From contig NZ_JANDJO010000005.1 of NCBI RefSeq assembly GCF_024331145.1, forward strand, positions 46,709-110,708: 64,000 nt of DNA, read 5' to 3'. Of this stretch, positions 51,290 through 63,104 are shown piece after piece (position 1 is the first letter of the stretch; each line of letters begins with the position of its first letter). The notes below the pieces were generated by a model. The model ran no database searches. It had not been told where the DNA came from and saw nothing but the letters and a program-made list of their open reading frames with translations. A program made the translations under genes and the position numbers. This DNA comes from Shimia sp. CNT1-13L.2 (GTDB lineage: Bacteria; Pseudomonadota; Alphaproteobacteria; Rhodobacterales; Rhodobacteraceae).

Positions 51290-53224
51290 TTATACGCTGG
51301 GTTCCGGCTCCATATCGCCATCGCCGCTGGGTTTGCTACGCGGCTTGGTCTTTGGGATCGCGGTCACGCTTGGGGCGTTACCCTCGTCAGCGTCATCACC
51401 TTCGTCCCCACCCGCCTGCGGCGGCTCACCGTTCATGACCCGTTTGATCTCGTCACCGGTCAGGGTCTCGTACTCCAGAAGGCCCTGCGCAAGACGTTCC
51501 CACGCATCGTTCTTGTCCTTGAGGATTTGCAGAGCGCGGTCGTATCCCTGCTGGATGAAGCGCTTTACTTCTTCCTCGATCATTTCCTTGGTGCTGGCAG
51601 AGACCGAGAATCCAGCCGTGTTGCCCGAATAGCCTTCGTGCGCCTCGGCATAGTCGATGTTGCCAACCTTGTCGGACATGCCCCAGCGCATCACCATGGC
51701 ACGTGCCAGTTGCGAGGCCTGCATGATATCGCCGGCAGGGCCGTTGGAAACGTGATCTTCACCGTACTTGATAACTTCGGCAGCCTTACCCGCCATGGTC
51801 ATCGCCAGCTTTTGCTCACACTCATCACGGTGATAGTTCAGGCGGTCCATTTCGGGAAGGGACACAACCATCCCCAGCGCGCCACCGCGCGGAATGATCG
51901 TCGCCTTGTAGACCGGATCACACAGAGGCAGTTCGAGACCGACAACAGCGTGACCTGCTTCGTGATAGGCGGTCTTTTCCTTCTGGTCCTGCGTCAGAAC
52001 CATCGACCGGCGCTCCGCGCCCATCATCACCTTGTCCTTGGCGTTCTCAAAGTCTTCCATGGTGACAAAGCGACGGCCCACACGTGCTGCCATCAGCGCA
52101 GCCTCGTTCACGAGGTTGGCAAGATCAGCACCGGAAAAGCCCGGCGTACCGCGCGCGATAATGCGCAGGTCTACATCGGGGCCAAGCGGGGTCTTGCGGG
52201 CGTGTACGCCCAGGATCTTCTCACGGCCTTTGATGTCCGGGTTGCCCACGGTGACGTTACGGTCAAAACGGCCGGGACGCAGAAGTGCCGGGTCCAGAAC
52301 GTCTTTCCGGTTGGTCGCGGCGAGGATGATCACACCTTCGTTGGCCTCGAAACCATCCATCTCAACCAGAAGCTGGTTGAGGGTCTGTTCGCGTTCGTCG
52401 TTACCACCGCCATAGCCTGCGCCACGATGGCGGCCCACGGCGTCGATCTCGTCGATAAACACGATACAGGGTGCGTTCTTCTTGGCCTGTTCAAACATGT
52501 CGCGCACACGGGATGCACCCACACCGACGAACATCTCGACAAAGTCCGAACCCGAAATTGTGAAGAAGGGTACGCCCGCCTCACCCGCGATCGCACGAGC
52601 CAGCAGCGTCTTACCAGTACCCGGAGGGCCAACAAGCAGCGCCCCCTTGGGGATTTTGCCGCCCAGGCGCGAGAACTTTTGCGGATTACGCAGGAATTCG
52701 ACGATCTCTTCCAGCTCTTCCTTGGCTTCATCAATGCCCGCCACGTCATCAAAGGTCACGCGGCCATGTTTCTCGGTAAGCATCTTGGCCTTGGATTTGC
52801 CAAAGCCCATCGCGCCACCTTTGCCGCCGCCTTGCATCCGGTTCATGAAGTAGATCCAGACACCGATCAAAAGCAGGAAGGGCAGGAGGGAAATGATGAA
52901 CGACTGGAAGCCCGATTGCTGCTGGCTTTCTGCTTTCACGGGAATGCCCTTTTCAATCAGCATGCCGGTCAGTTCCGCGTCTTCTGGCTTGATGGTGACG
53001 AAATCACCACCGTCAGATGTCTTGTAGCGCACGGTCTCGCCATCAAGTGTGACGCTGTTGACGCTGCCGCCATCCACGGCTGCCACGAATTCCGAATACC
53101 CGATTTCACGGCTTTGCAGGCTGCTGTTGCCGCCGCTGAACAGGTTGAAGAGGGCAAGGATCAGCAGAAACAGAACCACCCAGAATGCAATATTGCGTGC
53201 GTTGCCCAAGGCAAAAACTCCCAA
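51290..53224 (-). CDS. ftsH: ATP-dependent zinc metalloprotease FtsH
   Basis: 644 aa; Walker [12 protein letters not shown], zinc motif HEAGHA. Confidence 0.95.
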   Translation of the reverse strand: MGVFALGNARNIAFWVVLFLLILALFNLFSGGNSSLQSREIGYSEFVAAVDGGSVNSVTLDGETVRYKTSDGGDFVTIKPEDAELTGMLIEKGIPVKAESQQQSGFQSFIISLLPFLLLIGVWIYFMNRMQGGGKGGAMGFGKSKAKMLTEKHGRVTFDDVAGIDEAKEELEEIVEFLRNPQKFSRLGGKIPKGALLVGPPGTGKTLLARAIAGEAGVPFFTISGSDFVEMFVGVGASRVRDMFEQAKKNAPCIVFIDEIDAVGRHRGAGYGGGNDEREQTLNQLLVEMDGFEANEGVIILAATNRKDVLDPALLRPGRFDRNVTVGNPDIKGREKILGVHARKTPLGPDVDLRIIARGTPGFSGADLANLVNEAALMAARVGRRFVTMEDFENAKDKVMMGAERRSMVLTQDQKEKTAYHEAGHAVVGLELPLCDPVYKATIIPRGGALGMVVSLPEMDRLNYHRDECEQKLAMTMAGKAAEVIKYGEDHVSNGPAGDIMQASQLARAMVMRWGMSDKVGNIDYAEAHEGYSGNTAGFSVSASTKEMIEEEVKRFIQQGYDRALQILKDKNDAWERLAQGLLEYETLTGDEIKRVMNGEPPQAGGDEGDDADEGNAPSVTAIPKTKPRSKPSGDGDMEPEPSV

Positions 53225-53306
53225 TCGTCGACTGCCGCGTGTCCTAGCACAGCGGTGTTCCTTGATAAATAGAGATCAAGTCAGCATGTTCAATGCGATA
53301 TTCCGG

Positions 53307-54560
53307 TCAGGGCGCCTTCCCGAGCGGGAAATCCGCCCGTTCCGCCAATATATTGGCCGTCCACCCTACTCCAAAGCCTAATATTGGCGAGGCAACGAGT
53401 GTCTCCCCCATCCAAACGGATGGGGTGGACAGAAGGCTGGTTCGAGGCATGTTGGCCGCCCGCCAATCATCTATCTGGCGCAATCCTTCCTCGCCCAAGG
53501 CGCGGATTTCCATTCCGTCTTGCCACGGTCCGTCCAGTTGCCAGCGACCATCCCAAACCTCCCCAGCCGCGACACTTTTCGCGACGGCCGCATATTCGCG
53601 TGTGACCCGAAGGTGTCCTTTGGCGACGGTCATAAGGCATCCTGACAGTGTCGTGCCCTCGCCTGCTTCGATTTTTGCCATAACCTGACCAAGGCTTGCC
53701 CTGCGCGGCGCATAATCCGCGCCAGAGACCCAGCGAACAGCCGCAACCAGCAGCCTCCGGCGCAACTCGATAGGCGCGGATTGGAGCGACGAAACCTCCA
53801 CCACGAGATCACCGCGATCCTGCGTTACGGCCTGCGCCGCGAGCACATTGACCTGCCACTCCAAAGCCTCTCGGGCATCGCTAAGATTTCGGCTCACATC
53901 GGCAAGCGCATCGGTGTCGATCCCCAAAGGCGCCAGAACAGCCAAGGCCTGCCGCGCCTTGACGCGGTCAAAGGCCGCGTTCTCGTTGGAAGGGTCATCG
54001 AGCCATTCAATACCCCGCGACCGCAAGTCCTCACGCAGGGCCTCGCGCGACACCCCCAGCAGAGGCCGTGCAAACACTTGCCCGTCCCTTTCGAACCGCG
54101 AGGCCATCGCAGAAAGCCCGTCGACCCCGGCCCGCCGCGACAAGCGGATCAATAGGTTTTCCGCCAGATCGTCTTGTGTGTGCCCAAGAAGCACGGCATC
54201 CAGCTCCAGTTCCCGCGCCCAGTCTGCCAACAGCCGGTAGCGTGCGGCGCGTGCTTCGGCCTGAAGATTGCCGCTTTGATTCCAATCACGCCAATCAAGA
54301 ACACGATGCGCGACACCTCGGCCGGCGCAAATCTCTCCAACACGCGCGGCTTCTGCCGCCGCCTCATCGCGCAGACCGTGATCCACTGTCGCCGCAAAAA
54401 CGGTCCGCCCGTGTGTATTGCCCCAGTCATGTACCAGATGCAAAAGGCCAAGCGAGTCGCTGCCGCCTGACACGGCAACACCAAGACGTTTGCCCCCGAA
54501 GTCACGAAGAAACGCCGTCAGAGCTTCGGACGGCGTCTGATCCCCCCGGCTCAATTGCAC
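53307..54560 (-). CDS. tilS: tRNA(Ile)-lysidine synthetase
   Basis: 417 aa; PP-loop VAVSGGSDS. Confidence 0.9.
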   Translation of the reverse strand: MQLSRGDQTPSEALTAFLRDFGGKRLGVAVSGGSDSLGLLHLVHDWGNTHGRTVFAATVDHGLRDEAAAEAARVGEICAGRGVAHRVLDWRDWNQSGNLQAEARAARYRLLADWARELELDAVLLGHTQDDLAENLLIRLSRRAGVDGLSAMASRFERDGQVFARPLLGVSREALREDLRSRGIEWLDDPSNENAAFDRVKARQALAVLAPLGIDTDALADVSRNLSDAREALEWQVNVLAAQAVTQDRGDLVVEVSSLQSAPIELRRRLLVAAVRWVSGADYAPRRASLGQVMAKIEAGEGTTLSGCLMTVAKGHLRVTREYAAVAKSVAAGEVWDGRWQLDGPWQDGMEIRALGEEGLRQIDDWRAANMPRTSLLSTPSVWMGETLVASPILGFGVGWTANILAERADFPLGKAP

Positions 54561-55372
54561 GCCAGATTGCGCATCTCGCTCTGGGCCAGAACAACCATGT
54601 CCGACCCGGGGTGGCGGGCATGTACCTCACCAAGCGTTACACAGGCTTCTGAGACCTTGCCCAAGGCGCCAAGGGACTTGCCAAGGTGATAGAGCGCCTG
54701 ATCGGCAACAGGGCTGTTGGGATAGCGCGAATAGCTGTCCAGAAAGGCTCGAGCCGCCGGAGTGGTTTCCCCAAGCTGCTCCAACGCCTGCCCACGCCGC
54801 AGATGCGCCTCGGCTTCCAGCGGGCTACCGGGATAGGCATCGGTAAAGGCCGCGAACTGATCCGCCGCGCTGCGGGCATCACCGCCATCCAGCGCTGCCT
54901 TGGCACGATTGAAATCGGAAGTCTCGCCGATCGCAAGTTCCGATCCACCATCAACCGGATCGCTGGTTTCGGGTGTGCCAAACGAGGGCACCTCGGGATC
55001 GCCACCAAGCGTGGTGGTCTCTCCAAGATCACTTACATCGCCACCTTCCAACTCGACCAAGCGGAACTCGAGATCGCCAATGCGGTTGGTGCCATCTTCG
55101 ACAACCCGTTGCACCCGCTGCTCAAGCCGCTCCATCCGGCCCGTCAGTCGCGAAAGCTCCGTCTCGATGGCATTCACGCGGTTCAGGGTGGTGCCGCTGG
55201 TGTCCACACCGCTGGGTGCGCCCGTTGTCGACATTTCGCGTTTCAGGTTCTGGATCTCGACATAAAGCACCGTCAGTTGCTGACGAATATCCGCCAGCGT
55301 TTCGGCATCCTGCGCCGCAGCAAATCGCGGCATCACCGCCAACCCAACAAGCAAAACCGCAATCAAGCGCAT
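54551..55372 (-). CDS. cpoB: Tol-Pal system protein YbgF/CpoB
   Basis: 273 aa; signal peptide, coiled-coil N-domain, C-terminal TPR-like (AEAHLRRGQALEQLG...ALYHLGKS). Confidence 0.8.
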   Translation of the reverse strand: MRLIAVLLVGLAVMPRFAAAQDAETLADIRQQLTVLYVEIQNLKREMSTTGAPSGVDTSGTTLNRVNAIETELSRLTGRMERLEQRVQRVVEDGTNRIGDLEFRLVELEGGDVSDLGETTTLGGDPEVPSFGTPETSDPVDGGSELAIGETSDFNRAKAALDGGDARSAADQFAAFTDAYPGSPLEAEAHLRRGQALEQLGETTPAARAFLDSYSRYPNSPVADQALYHLGKSLGALGKVSEACVTLGEVHARHPGSDMVVLAQSEMRNLACN

Positions 55373-55385
55373 CTCGTTTCTCCGA

Positions 55386-55922
55386 TCAGAAGTTCAGGTC
55401 CGCTTGCAGCACGGTCACCGCACGGCGGTTCTGCGCATAGCAGGCTTCGGCCGAACACACTTCAAGCGGGCGTTCCTTGCCATAGCTGACGGTGGTCAAA
55501 CGGTTCGAGGCAACACCACGCGACACAAGGTATTCCTTGACCGCGCTGGCCCGACGCGCCCCAAGCGCAAGGTTGTATTCACGGGTGCCCTGCTCATCCG
55601 CGTGCCCCTCGATCACCGCCTTGTAGGCCGAATTTTCCAGCAGCCAGTTGGCCTGCCCCAGCAGGACAAGCTCACCATCAGATGTCAGCGAAGACTGGTC
55701 CACGGCAAACAACACGCGGTCTCCGACACGTTCCTGGAAATGCGCGATCGAACGCGGATCATCCGGGCTGCCCTCGGCATATTCGCCGGTTGCGCCGGTG
55801 CCATCGCCCAACGTGTCATCCAATCCAAAAATACCGGAATTCGAACAGGCCCCCAGTGCCAGCATTGCCAGCAAGGCCCCTACCTTCGTCAAACTGCTCA
55901 TCGCTTTGCCTCGCGTTTCCAA
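55386..55922 (-). CDS. pal: peptidoglycan-associated lipoprotein Pal
   Basis: 178 aa; lipobox LALGACS; OmpA_C motif EGHADEQGTREYNLALGARRA. Confidence 0.9.
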   Translation of the reverse strand: METRGKAMSSLTKVGALLAMLALGACSNSGIFGLDDTLGDGTGATGEYAEGSPDDPRSIAHFQERVGDRVLFAVDQSSLTSDGELVLLGQANWLLENSAYKAVIEGHADEQGTREYNLALGARRASAVKEYLVSRGVASNRLTTVSYGKERPLEVCSAEACYAQNRRAVTVLQADLNF

Positions 55923-55974
55923 ATGTTTTTATTTCTTCTGTTCTACCACACCGTGCGCTTCTTTGAAACGCGCC

Positions 55975-57294
55975 TCACTTTTGCAGTGGCGACCACGCCG
56001 GGTCAGACCCGCCACCTGCCAGCTTCACCTTTTTCAGGTTGCGCCCCGACACATCAACCGAGAACAGCGAGGCAGAGCCATTCGCGCCCTGCGTTTCACG
56101 GGTAAACATGATCACCCGCCCATTCGGTGCCCAGGTCGGCCCTTCATCAAGGAAAGACGCCGTCAACAGACGCTCTTCGCTGCCATCCGTACGCATCACG
56201 CCAATGTGGAAGCGCCCCTTGTTCTGCTTGGTAAAGGCCACGAGATCGCCCCGCGGGCTCCAGACAGGCGTACCATAGCGCCCCTGCCCAAAGCTGATCC
56301 GACGCGGTTCACCCCCATTGGCGGGCATGACATAAAGCTGCTGCGAGCCGGAACGGTCGCTTTCAAACACGATCTGGCTGCCATCGGGGCTGAAACTCGG
56401 GGCCGTGTCAATTGCCGGTGACGAGGTCAGGCGCGTCTGCCGCCCGCTGGCAATATCCATCTTGAAGATGTCCGTGTTGCCGCCCCGCGTGATCGACAGC
56501 AAGAGGCTCTTGCCATCCGGTGCAAATCGCGGCGCAAAGCTCATGCTGCCTTCTTCGTTGTGCAGGACGCGGCGCTTTACGCTGCCGACATCCAGAATAT
56601 AGACCTGCGGGAAGCCAGTCTCATAGCTGGTGTAAAGAACCTTGTCGCCCATCGGGGAAAACCGTGGCGCCAGCACGATGGCGCTCGAGTCCGTCAGGTA
56701 CTGAAGGTTCGCACCGTCATAGTCCATGATCGCCAGGCGCTTCTTGCGGTCGTTCTTGGGGCCGGTTTCGCTCACGAAAACAACACGGCTGTCGAAGTAC
56801 CCGCCTTCACCGGTGATCCGGCTGTAAACCGCATCCGCCACCTTGTGGGCCATGCGCCGCCAACCATCGACCGTGCCCTTGAACCGCAACCCGTTGCCAA
56901 GTTCCTGCCCCGCGAAAACGTCATAGACACGAAACTTCACTTCCAACTGGTTGCCCGAAACCTTGACGGCCCCGGTGATCAGGGCCTGGGCATTCACGGC
57001 CTTCCAGTCCGCGAACTGTACGGGCGACGCGAAATTGGTGATTTTGCTGATATGTGCTTTTTCGGAAATCTCACGAAACAGCCCCGTCCCGCTCAGGTCC
57101 GACGCAATCACCCGTGCCAGTTCCTTGGCATAGCCACCTGACGCGCTGTTTTCCGGCACGAAGTTTGGCACCGCATAGGGCAGTGGCTCGACCACCCCAT
57201 CCGTGATTTCAATCCGAAGAGGCCCATTCTGCGCCTGAGCCGCCTGCCCAACCACAAACAAACCAACTAGAAGTGCTGCAAGAACCCGTATCAT
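55975..57294 (-). CDS. tolB: Tol-Pal system beta-propeller protein TolB
   Basis: 439 aa; TolB N-domain plus repeated beta-propeller blades (SFSPDG, WSPRGD). Confidence 0.95.
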   Translation of the reverse strand: MIRVLAALLVGLFVVGQAAQAQNGPLRIEITDGVVEPLPYAVPNFVPENSASGGYAKELARVIASDLSGTGLFREISEKAHISKITNFASPVQFADWKAVNAQALITGAVKVSGNQLEVKFRVYDVFAGQELGNGLRFKGTVDGWRRMAHKVADAVYSRITGEGGYFDSRVVFVSETGPKNDRKKRLAIMDYDGANLQYLTDSSAIVLAPRFSPMGDKVLYTSYETGFPQVYILDVGSVKRRVLHNEEGSMSFAPRFAPDGKSLLLSITRGGNTDIFKMDIASGRQTRLTSSPAIDTAPSFSPDGSQIVFESDRSGSQQLYVMPANGGEPRRISFGQGRYGTPVWSPRGDLVAFTKQNKGRFHIGVMRTDGSEERLLTASFLDEGPTWAPNGRVIMFTRETQGANGSASLFSVDVSGRNLKKVKLAGGGSDPAWSPLQK

Positions 57295-58352
57295 TTCAGC
57301 CTCATTTTCTCCGGATTAAACGTGATTTCGATGTCACGCCAATGATCATATTTTTCGATCGGCAAATTATAGCCGCCCTTTTGACACCGCAGGATAGCAC
57401 GCCGCGCCGCCTCATAGGCGGTTTTCGTGGCCCGTTCATCGCCGCCCTCACTGCTCAGCAGCTTGATCGCGCCGTCCACTTTGCCTTCGCGGGTCATCGA
57501 CATGCCAACGGTCACGGTGACGTTGGCTGACTGGCTGCCCACGTCCACGACCCAGCATTTCTGTACCGACACCCGCAGTGCATCCTTCTCACCCTGACTG
57601 AGGGGAGGTCCGCTTGGCACAGACGGGGTCGTGTCCTCGGCCAATGCCGCCGCGACTGCCGCATCCGCCCCGGCCGAGACCGAAGGCTTCGGTTGCGAGC
57701 GTGTCCGCAGCACGGGGCGCAATGACCGTTTCGGCGCGAGCGCAACCTGGTCCTTGGCTTCAGTAACAATCTCTGTCGTCGCGGCCTCGGGTGCCGTTGC
57801 ATCCTGCGGCTCTTCCACCGCCTCGCCCGGTTGCTCATCCGGAACCGTGGCTTCGCGCACCGCATCATCAATACGCACATCAGGTTCGGGCGGCGCCACA
57901 GGTTCGGGCGCGACACGATCGGCGGGGCGCAGCACGGGCCGCACCTCGTCGCGCGGGATCAACACGGCCATTTCCTCGGCCGGCGCTTCAATATCGGGCG
58001 CATCGTCCGTCACATCCGAAGGCTGCGGTGCCTGCAAGTCGCTCAGGTCCGGCGTCACATCCGGTTCGGGCACCTGCGCGTTGTCCGGTGCATCCGTCGG
58101 CACCTCACGATCAACCTGCGATGGCACCTCGGGCACATCCTCGCGCAATTCCGGCGCCACCGGCACGTCCACTTCCGTCTCCGGCCCCGGCGCCCGTTGC
58201 ACGGCATTCAGCGCGTCGAACTGCTCTGAGGTAATCACGGACACGCCCGTCACCTCGAAAGGCGGCGGATCCGACCGGAACACGCCGCCGAACATGACCC
58301 AGCCGATCACACCGACATGGGCTGCACCAGAGATATAATGCCCGATATGCAC
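57291..58352 (-). CDS. tolA: cell envelope integrity protein TolA
   Basis: 353 aa; single N-terminal TM, long Pro/Glu/Asp/Ala-rich linker, conserved C-terminal domain; position between tolR and tolB. Confidence 0.7.
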   Translation of the reverse strand: MHIGHYISGAAHVGVIGWVMFGGVFRSDPPPFEVTGVSVITSEQFDALNAVQRAPGPETEVDVPVAPELREDVPEVPSQVDREVPTDAPDNAQVPEPDVTPDLSDLQAPQPSDVTDDAPDIEAPAEEMAVLIPRDEVRPVLRPADRVAPEPVAPPEPDVRIDDAVREATVPDEQPGEAVEEPQDATAPEAATTEIVTEAKDQVALAPKRSLRPVLRTRSQPKPSVSAGADAAVAAALAEDTTPSVPSGPPLSQGEKDALRVSVQKCWVVDVGSQSANVTVTVGMSMTREGKVDGAIKLLSSEGGDERATKTAYEAARRAILRCQKGGYNLPIEKYDHWRDIEITFNPEKMRLK

Positions 58353-58359
58353 CGTGACC

Positions 58360-58836
58360 TCAGCCGCCCTGCCCGTTCAGGCCCGGCCCTCCAATGTCCG
58401 TGACCAGACCGATATCCGTAAACCCGCCTGCATTCAGCGCGCCCATGATCTGCACCACCATCTCGTAGGGCAGGTTGCCGTCGGCCCGCAGGTAAACCCG
58501 CTGCGACGACCGTTCAGCCGCAATCGCACGCAGCTTTGGCACAAGCTGTTCGATCTCTGTCTGCGTGGTCTGGATCGAAACCACGCCATCGGCGGCAATT
58601 GTCACCGTCAGCGGCTCTTCCTGTTCACCCGGAAGGGGTGTTGCTGCCGTCTTGGGCAGTTCAACCGGCACGCCAACCGTCAGCAAAGGCGCCGCCACCA
58701 TGAAGATAATCAACAGCACAAGCATCACGTCGACAAAGGGCGTGACGTTGATTTCGGACATCGGCGCAGAGCGGCGTCGCGTCCTGCGCCGCCGCTTGTG
58801 GCCTCCGCCTGCCCCCTGGATCACTCCGGCACCCAT
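58360..58836 (-). CDS. tolR: Tol-Pal system protein TolR (ExbD/TolR family)
   Basis: SEINVTPFVDVMLVLLIIFMV TolR TM signature; ATGA overlap with tolQ. Confidence 0.85.
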   Translation of the reverse strand: MGAGVIQGAGGGHKRRRRTRRRSAPMSEINVTPFVDVMLVLLIIFMVAAPLLTVGVPVELPKTAATPLPGEQEEPLTVTIAADGVVSIQTTQTEIEQLVPKLRAIAAERSSQRVYLRADGNLPYEMVVQIMGALNAGGFTDIGLVTDIGGPGLNGQGG

Positions 58837-58839
58837 GGC

Positions 58840-59514
58840 TCAGGAATCCAACTGTCGGCTGAGGATCGTGGCGAACTCATCGGCAAAGGCCTCGTAGCCC
58901 GCGATGATCCGGTCACTGTCCGAACTCAGCTTGTTATAAAAAATCACCGCGGGGATCGCCGCCAGAAGGCCAAGTCCCGTCGCCAGAAGGGCTTCTGCAA
59001 TTCCCGGTGCCACAACGGCGAGGTTCGTGTTCTGTTGCGCCGCGATCTCTATAAAGGCATTCATGATGCCCCAAACCGTCCCGAACAGCCCCACAAAAGG
59101 AGCGGTCGAACCCACCGTCGCCAGCACCGGCAGGCCGCGCTGTAGGTCTTCGGCCTCCTTGGCGATGGCTACGTCCATCGACCGGTCGATCCGACTGGTG
59201 GCATTGGCAATCAAACCCCCGTCCTGACGGTGACTGCGCCGCCACTCCATCATCCCGGCGGCAAAAATCCGTTCCGACCGCCCCTTGGGCGTGGTGCCGA
59301 TCTGGTCGAACAATCCGTCCAGCGGCTCACCACTCCAGAAGGCGCGATCAAACTGCGCCGCCTCGGCACGCGCCGCGCGGTAACTGATGATTTTCTGAAT
59401 GATCACCGACCATGACCAGAACGACGATGCCACCAAGAGGAGCATCACGAGTTTCACGGTAAGAGTGGCGCGCGCAAAAAGCGCCCACATCGAAAAGTCG
59501 ACTGCTGCTTCCAT
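58840..59514 (-). CDS. tolQ: Tol-Pal system protein TolQ (MotA/TolQ/ExbB family)
   Basis: 224 aa; 3 TM, conserved LATVGSTAPFVGLFGTVWGIM. Confidence 0.9.
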   Translation of the reverse strand: MEAAVDFSMWALFARATLTVKLVMLLLVASSFWSWSVIIQKIISYRAARAEAAQFDRAFWSGEPLDGLFDQIGTTPKGRSERIFAAGMMEWRRSHRQDGGLIANATSRIDRSMDVAIAKEAEDLQRGLPVLATVGSTAPFVGLFGTVWGIMNAFIEIAAQQNTNLAVVAPGIAEALLATGLGLLAAIPAVIFYNKLSSDSDRIIAGYEAFADEFATILSRQLDS

Positions 59515-59627
59515 ATGCCTGCTCTGCCTTTGTGGCCCGATTGTGGGCCTTGTTTTGTCAGGAAAACTACAGCAGTTGCAGGGGGAAAGCCATCAAATAG
59601 GCGTCATTGGCAGGTTTCCACCGCCAT

Positions 59628-60017
59628 TTAATGCAACATCAGGCGAATATTTGCCGGCAAACGTACCGGTTGACCGCTTTCACCAATGCAAACGATGGTC
59701 ACCACAGCGTGGAACAACTCTTCCTCGCCCCGTTTCACAACCTGGTCCATCACCAGACGCGCCGCTGTCACGTTGATCGTATTGGTTTCGATCACCAGTT
59801 CATCATCGAAATGCGCAGGGCTCAGATAGTCCGCTTCGACCCGACGCACCGCAAAGACAACGCCATCATCGTCCTTCATCGCATTCTGATCGATCCCCAT
59901 CTCGCGCACCCAGTCGCTGCGTGCCCGCTCGATATAACGCAGGTAATTCGCATAGTAGACGATCCCCGCCATGTCGGTATCTTCATAGTAGACGCGAATG
60001 GGAAACCTGTGGGTCAT
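59628..60017 (-). CDS. ybgC: YbgC/FadM-family acyl-CoA thioesterase
   Basis: 129 aa; YYEDTDMAGIVYYANYLRY hot-dog motif; first gene of tol-pal cluster. Confidence 0.85.
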   Translation of the reverse strand: MTHRFPIRVYYEDTDMAGIVYYANYLRYIERARSDWVREMGIDQNAMKDDDGVVFAVRRVEADYLSPAHFDDELVIETNTINVTAARLVMDQVVKRGEEELFHAVVTIVCIGESGQPVRLPANIRLMLH

Positions 60018-60078
60018 GATACTACCTGCTGTTCTGTGCCTGAGCGCACCAAACCAAGAAGCGCTGCGCTGCGCAAGC

Positions 60079-60621
60079 CTAAGTCAGGTCGTATCTCGCA
60101 AGGACCTCATGCACCGCGCCCTCCGGGTGCAGCGTTGATCCAAACAGACAGAATCCGTCCACCCCGAATGAGGGCACCTGCACATCGCCATGCGATGCCA
60201 TGAACCGGCCGAGTTTGATCGCCTCATCTTCCATCATGTCACGCCGAAACCGCGCCAGTGTCACATGCGGGCGGAACCGTTCCCGCGGCATGCCAATCCC
60301 GACCTCTTCGGCAGCCCGCCGCACCGCCTTGTGCAAGGCCATCAACGCGCTGCCACCATCTGCCTTCGCGTAGAGAACCCGGGGCCGCTTGCCGCCAAAC
60401 AGCTCCAGACCGGAAAGCCTCAGATCGAACGCAGGCATCTCGATCGCGGCCAGCCGCTCATGCAAAGCCCGCAGGTCCAACTCGGTCTGATCATCCAGAA
60501 ATGCCAGCGTCAGGTGCAGGTTCTCCCATGGCACCCTGCTCCCGACGCGAAGGGCATCCTGCCAACTGGCCACCGCATCCCGCACCTCCTCGGGCAGGTC
60601 GATGGCCACAAAGGCCCGCAT
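60079..60621 (-). CDS. thpR: RNA 2',3'-cyclic phosphodiesterase (2H phosphoesterase, LigT/ThpR)
   Basis: 180 aa; two H-x-T/S-x motifs (HLTLAFL, HVTLARF). Confidence 0.85.
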   Translation of the reverse strand: MRAFVAIDLPEEVRDAVASWQDALRVGSRVPWENLHLTLAFLDDQTELDLRALHERLAAIEMPAFDLRLSGLELFGGKRPRVLYAKADGGSALMALHKAVRRAAEEVGIGMPRERFRPHVTLARFRRDMMEDEAIKLGRFMASHGDVQVPSFGVDGFCLFGSTLHPEGAVHEVLARYDLT

Positions 60622-61250
60622 CAGTCGTCCAGCCGCAGCCGCGCAAACAGGCGCAGCGCATGGCTCGCGTCATCGGCCGAGGCCGGCATCATCCGGTCAT
60701 AGGCAGCCGCAATCACCGCCGCGATCTCGGGGCGCAACACGGTCGCGCCACTGTCGGGCAGGATCGCCAGAGGCGACGTTTCGGCAAAGGCCCGGTCGCC
60801 CCACATGAGGATCACCTGAACCGCCTGTGCAAGCGCCACCGCATCTGCCGACTGCTTCGCCATCTCGCCGCTCATGCGGACAAAAACAAACGCGGCCTGA
60901 ATGGCCCCTGCATCATCAAACCGAAATGCGCGGTACTGCGCCGCATCTGCCGCCGACAGGCGTCCGACCAGAGCTTTCAGATCCGGGATCAGCCGGTCCA
61001 GATCCGGCACGCCAAGCAACTCGTCCCATTCGCGAAAGAAAAAGAACATCAGGTTCGACCCAAGCTCAGGGTCGGTCTCGGCCATCTGCGCCCCGGCCAG
61101 CGTCGCAACAGCCTCGATCGCGCCCTTCACCGTCGACAGCGTCTGATCCTGCACACCGAACACGATCGGCGCAATTGGCCGCCCCCAGCGGGCAAAGGCA
61201 TAGCTTCCGTCATTGCGGGTGAACAGGGCTTCCACGGCCTCGGGCGTCAT
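60621..61250 (-). CDS. conserved hypothetical protein
   Basis: About 209 aa from MTPEAVEAL (GAGGAG RBS); FFFF motif; no family recognised; stop overlaps thpR start. Confidence 0.5.
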   Translation of the reverse strand: MTPEAVEALFTRNDGSYAFARWGRPIAPIVFGVQDQTLSTVKGAIEAVATLAGAQMAETDPELGSNLMFFFFREWDELLGVPDLDRLIPDLKALVGRLSAADAAQYRAFRFDDAGAIQAAFVFVRMSGEMAKQSADAVALAQAVQVILMWGDRAFAETSPLAILPDSGATVLRPEIAAVIAAAYDRMMPASADDASHALRLFARLRLDD

Positions 61251-61394
61251 GATGATCTCCTCTGGGTTCCGTCGCCCTGTTTCCACCGACCGCCCCCGGA
61301 AAGCAACCCCTCGGACAGGCCGCACGCCAGGCTTCAATGCACGCGAAATACTCTGGGGTGAATTGCCCCGACCGGGGCAAGAGGGGCAAGGCCC

Positions 61395-62420
61395 CTACTT
61401 GAACAGATCGCCGTGCTCGCTACGCCGCGGCGCCTCAAGCCCCAGATGCCGCCAGGCCTTCTGCGCCAGCATCCGCCCCCGCGGCGTGCGCTGGATCAGG
61501 CCCTGCTGCAACAGGAACGGCTCGATCACTTCCTCAATGGCATCGCGGCTCTCGCTCAGCGCGGCCGAGATTGTGTCGATCCCGACCGGACCCCCACCAT
61601 AATTCTCGGCAATGAAACGAAGATACCGCCGGTCCGCACCGTCAAGGCCAAGGTTGTCCACCCCCAACCGCGTCAGCGCCCCATCAGCCAGATCGCGATT
61701 GATGTGCCCATCCCCCTCGACCAGTGCGAAATCGACGACACGCCGCAACAGCCGTCCGGCAATTCGGGGCGTCCCCCGCGACCTCCGCGCAATCTCCCGC
61801 GCGCCACCATCATCGGCGGGAACGCCCAGCTTGCGGGCGTTGCGGGTCACGATCTCGTTCAACTCGTCTTCGGTATAGAACTGCAACCGCGTCGGAATGC
61901 CGAACCGGTCCCGCAACGGCGTTGTCAACAGCCCCAATCGCGTCGTCGCCCCCACCAGCGTGAAAGGCTGCAATTCAATGCGCACAGTCCGCGCTGCTGG
62001 ACCTTCTCCAATCACGAGGTCCAGTTCGAAATCTTCCATCGCCGGATAGAGCACTTCTTCGACCGCCGGGTTCAGACGGTGAATCTCGTCGATGAACAAG
62101 ACGTCACGCGCTTCAAGGTTGGTCAGGATCGCCGCCAGATCCCCCGCCTTGGCCAACACCGGCCCCGAGGTCATGCGGAAGTTCACCCCCAACTCCCGCG
62201 CCATGATCTGCGCAAGCGTGGTTTTCCCCAATCCGGGCGGTCCGTGAAACAGCGTGTGGTCCATCGCCTCGCCACGGCGTCGCGCGCTTTCGATGAACAC
62301 TCGCAGGTTCGCCCGCGCCTCGGCCTGACCGATGAAATCCCCAAGCGCCTGAGGCCGCAACGCCCTATCGGCATCTTCCGGGCGCGGTTCGGGGCGCAAA
62401 GTCGGATCTGGTTCGCTCAT
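61395..62420 (-). CDS. ruvB: Holliday junction branch migration helicase RuvB
   Basis: 341 aa; Walker [12 protein letters not shown], Walker [11 protein letters not shown]. Confidence 0.95.
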   Translation of the reverse strand: MSEPDPTLRPEPRPEDADRALRPQALGDFIGQAEARANLRVFIESARRRGEAMDHTLFHGPPGLGKTTLAQIMARELGVNFRMTSGPVLAKAGDLAAILTNLEARDVLFIDEIHRLNPAVEEVLYPAMEDFELDLVIGEGPAARTVRIELQPFTLVGATTRLGLLTTPLRDRFGIPTRLQFYTEDELNEIVTRNARKLGVPADDGGAREIARRSRGTPRIAGRLLRRVVDFALVEGDGHINRDLADGALTRLGVDNLGLDGADRRYLRFIAENYGGGPVGIDTISAALSESRDAIEEVIEPFLLQQGLIQRTPRGRMLAQKAWRHLGLEAPRRSEHGDLFK

Positions 62421-62423
62421 GCC

Positions 62424-63104
62424 TTATCCCTTCGGGGCCAGAAGCCGCAGCGCCGCCTTGATCAGCGTCGAGGTATCCGCCCCTTCGTTTTCGCCCGCCG
62501 CTTCGGCCACCGCAGCGGCGGCATCTCCTGGACCATAGCCAAGGTTACCCAGTGCCGACAACGCCTCTGCCTGCGCCGAAGCATTCGACGACGCCTTTGG
62601 TTTTGCGGCCCGCTTCGGAGCGGGCGTTACCGGCTCGACCACGTCGGCCTCTGCTTCGGCCACGCCAACCGCCTCGTCCAACGTTCCCCCCAGCGCCATC
62701 ACACCCGGTGCCTTGTCTTTCAACTCAATCACCACGCGCTGCGCCGTCTTGGGGCCGACGCCCTTGGCCGCCTTGATCGCATTCACATCGCCAAGCGCGA
62801 TTGCCCGGCTCACGCCATCTGCGCCCAACGCCCCAAGGATCGCCATCGACGCCTTGGCACCAATGCCCTGCACACCCATCAACAGACGGTGCCACTCTTT
62901 CTCAACAAGCGTGGTGAACCCGAAAAGCTGCATCAGGTCTTCGCGCACCAACATATCCGTATACAGCGCCACAACCTCGCCATTGCCCGGCAGCCCGGCC
63001 AGCGTACGCTCGGAGACGTACACCATGTAGCCAACACCACGCACGTCAATCAGAACATGATCCAGACTGCGGTATTCGATCCGTCCGGTAATCTTGCCGA
63101 TCAT
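62424..63104 (-). CDS. ruvA: Holliday junction DNA-binding protein RuvA
   Basis: 226 aa; [12 protein letters not shown]-terminus, HhH motifs [12 protein letters not shown] / [10 protein letters not shown]. Confidence 0.95.
   Translation of the reverse strand: MIGKITGRIEYRSLDHVLIDVRGVGYMVYVSERTLAGLPGNGEVVALYTDMLVREDLMQLFGFTTLVEKEWHRLLMGVQGIGAKASMAILGALGADGVSRAIALGDVNAIKAAKGVGPKTAQRVVIELKDKAPGVMALGGTLDEAVGVAEAEADVVEPVTPAPKRAAKPKASSNASAQAEALSALGNLGYGPGDAAAAVAEAAGENEGADTSTLIKAALRLLAPKG

Noticed and set aside
59515-59627. Plus-strand hairpin GGCCC-GATTGT-GGGCC with a T-run as a terminator
   Set aside because: There is no plus-strand gene upstream. On the coding (minus) strand it is not followed by a U-tract.
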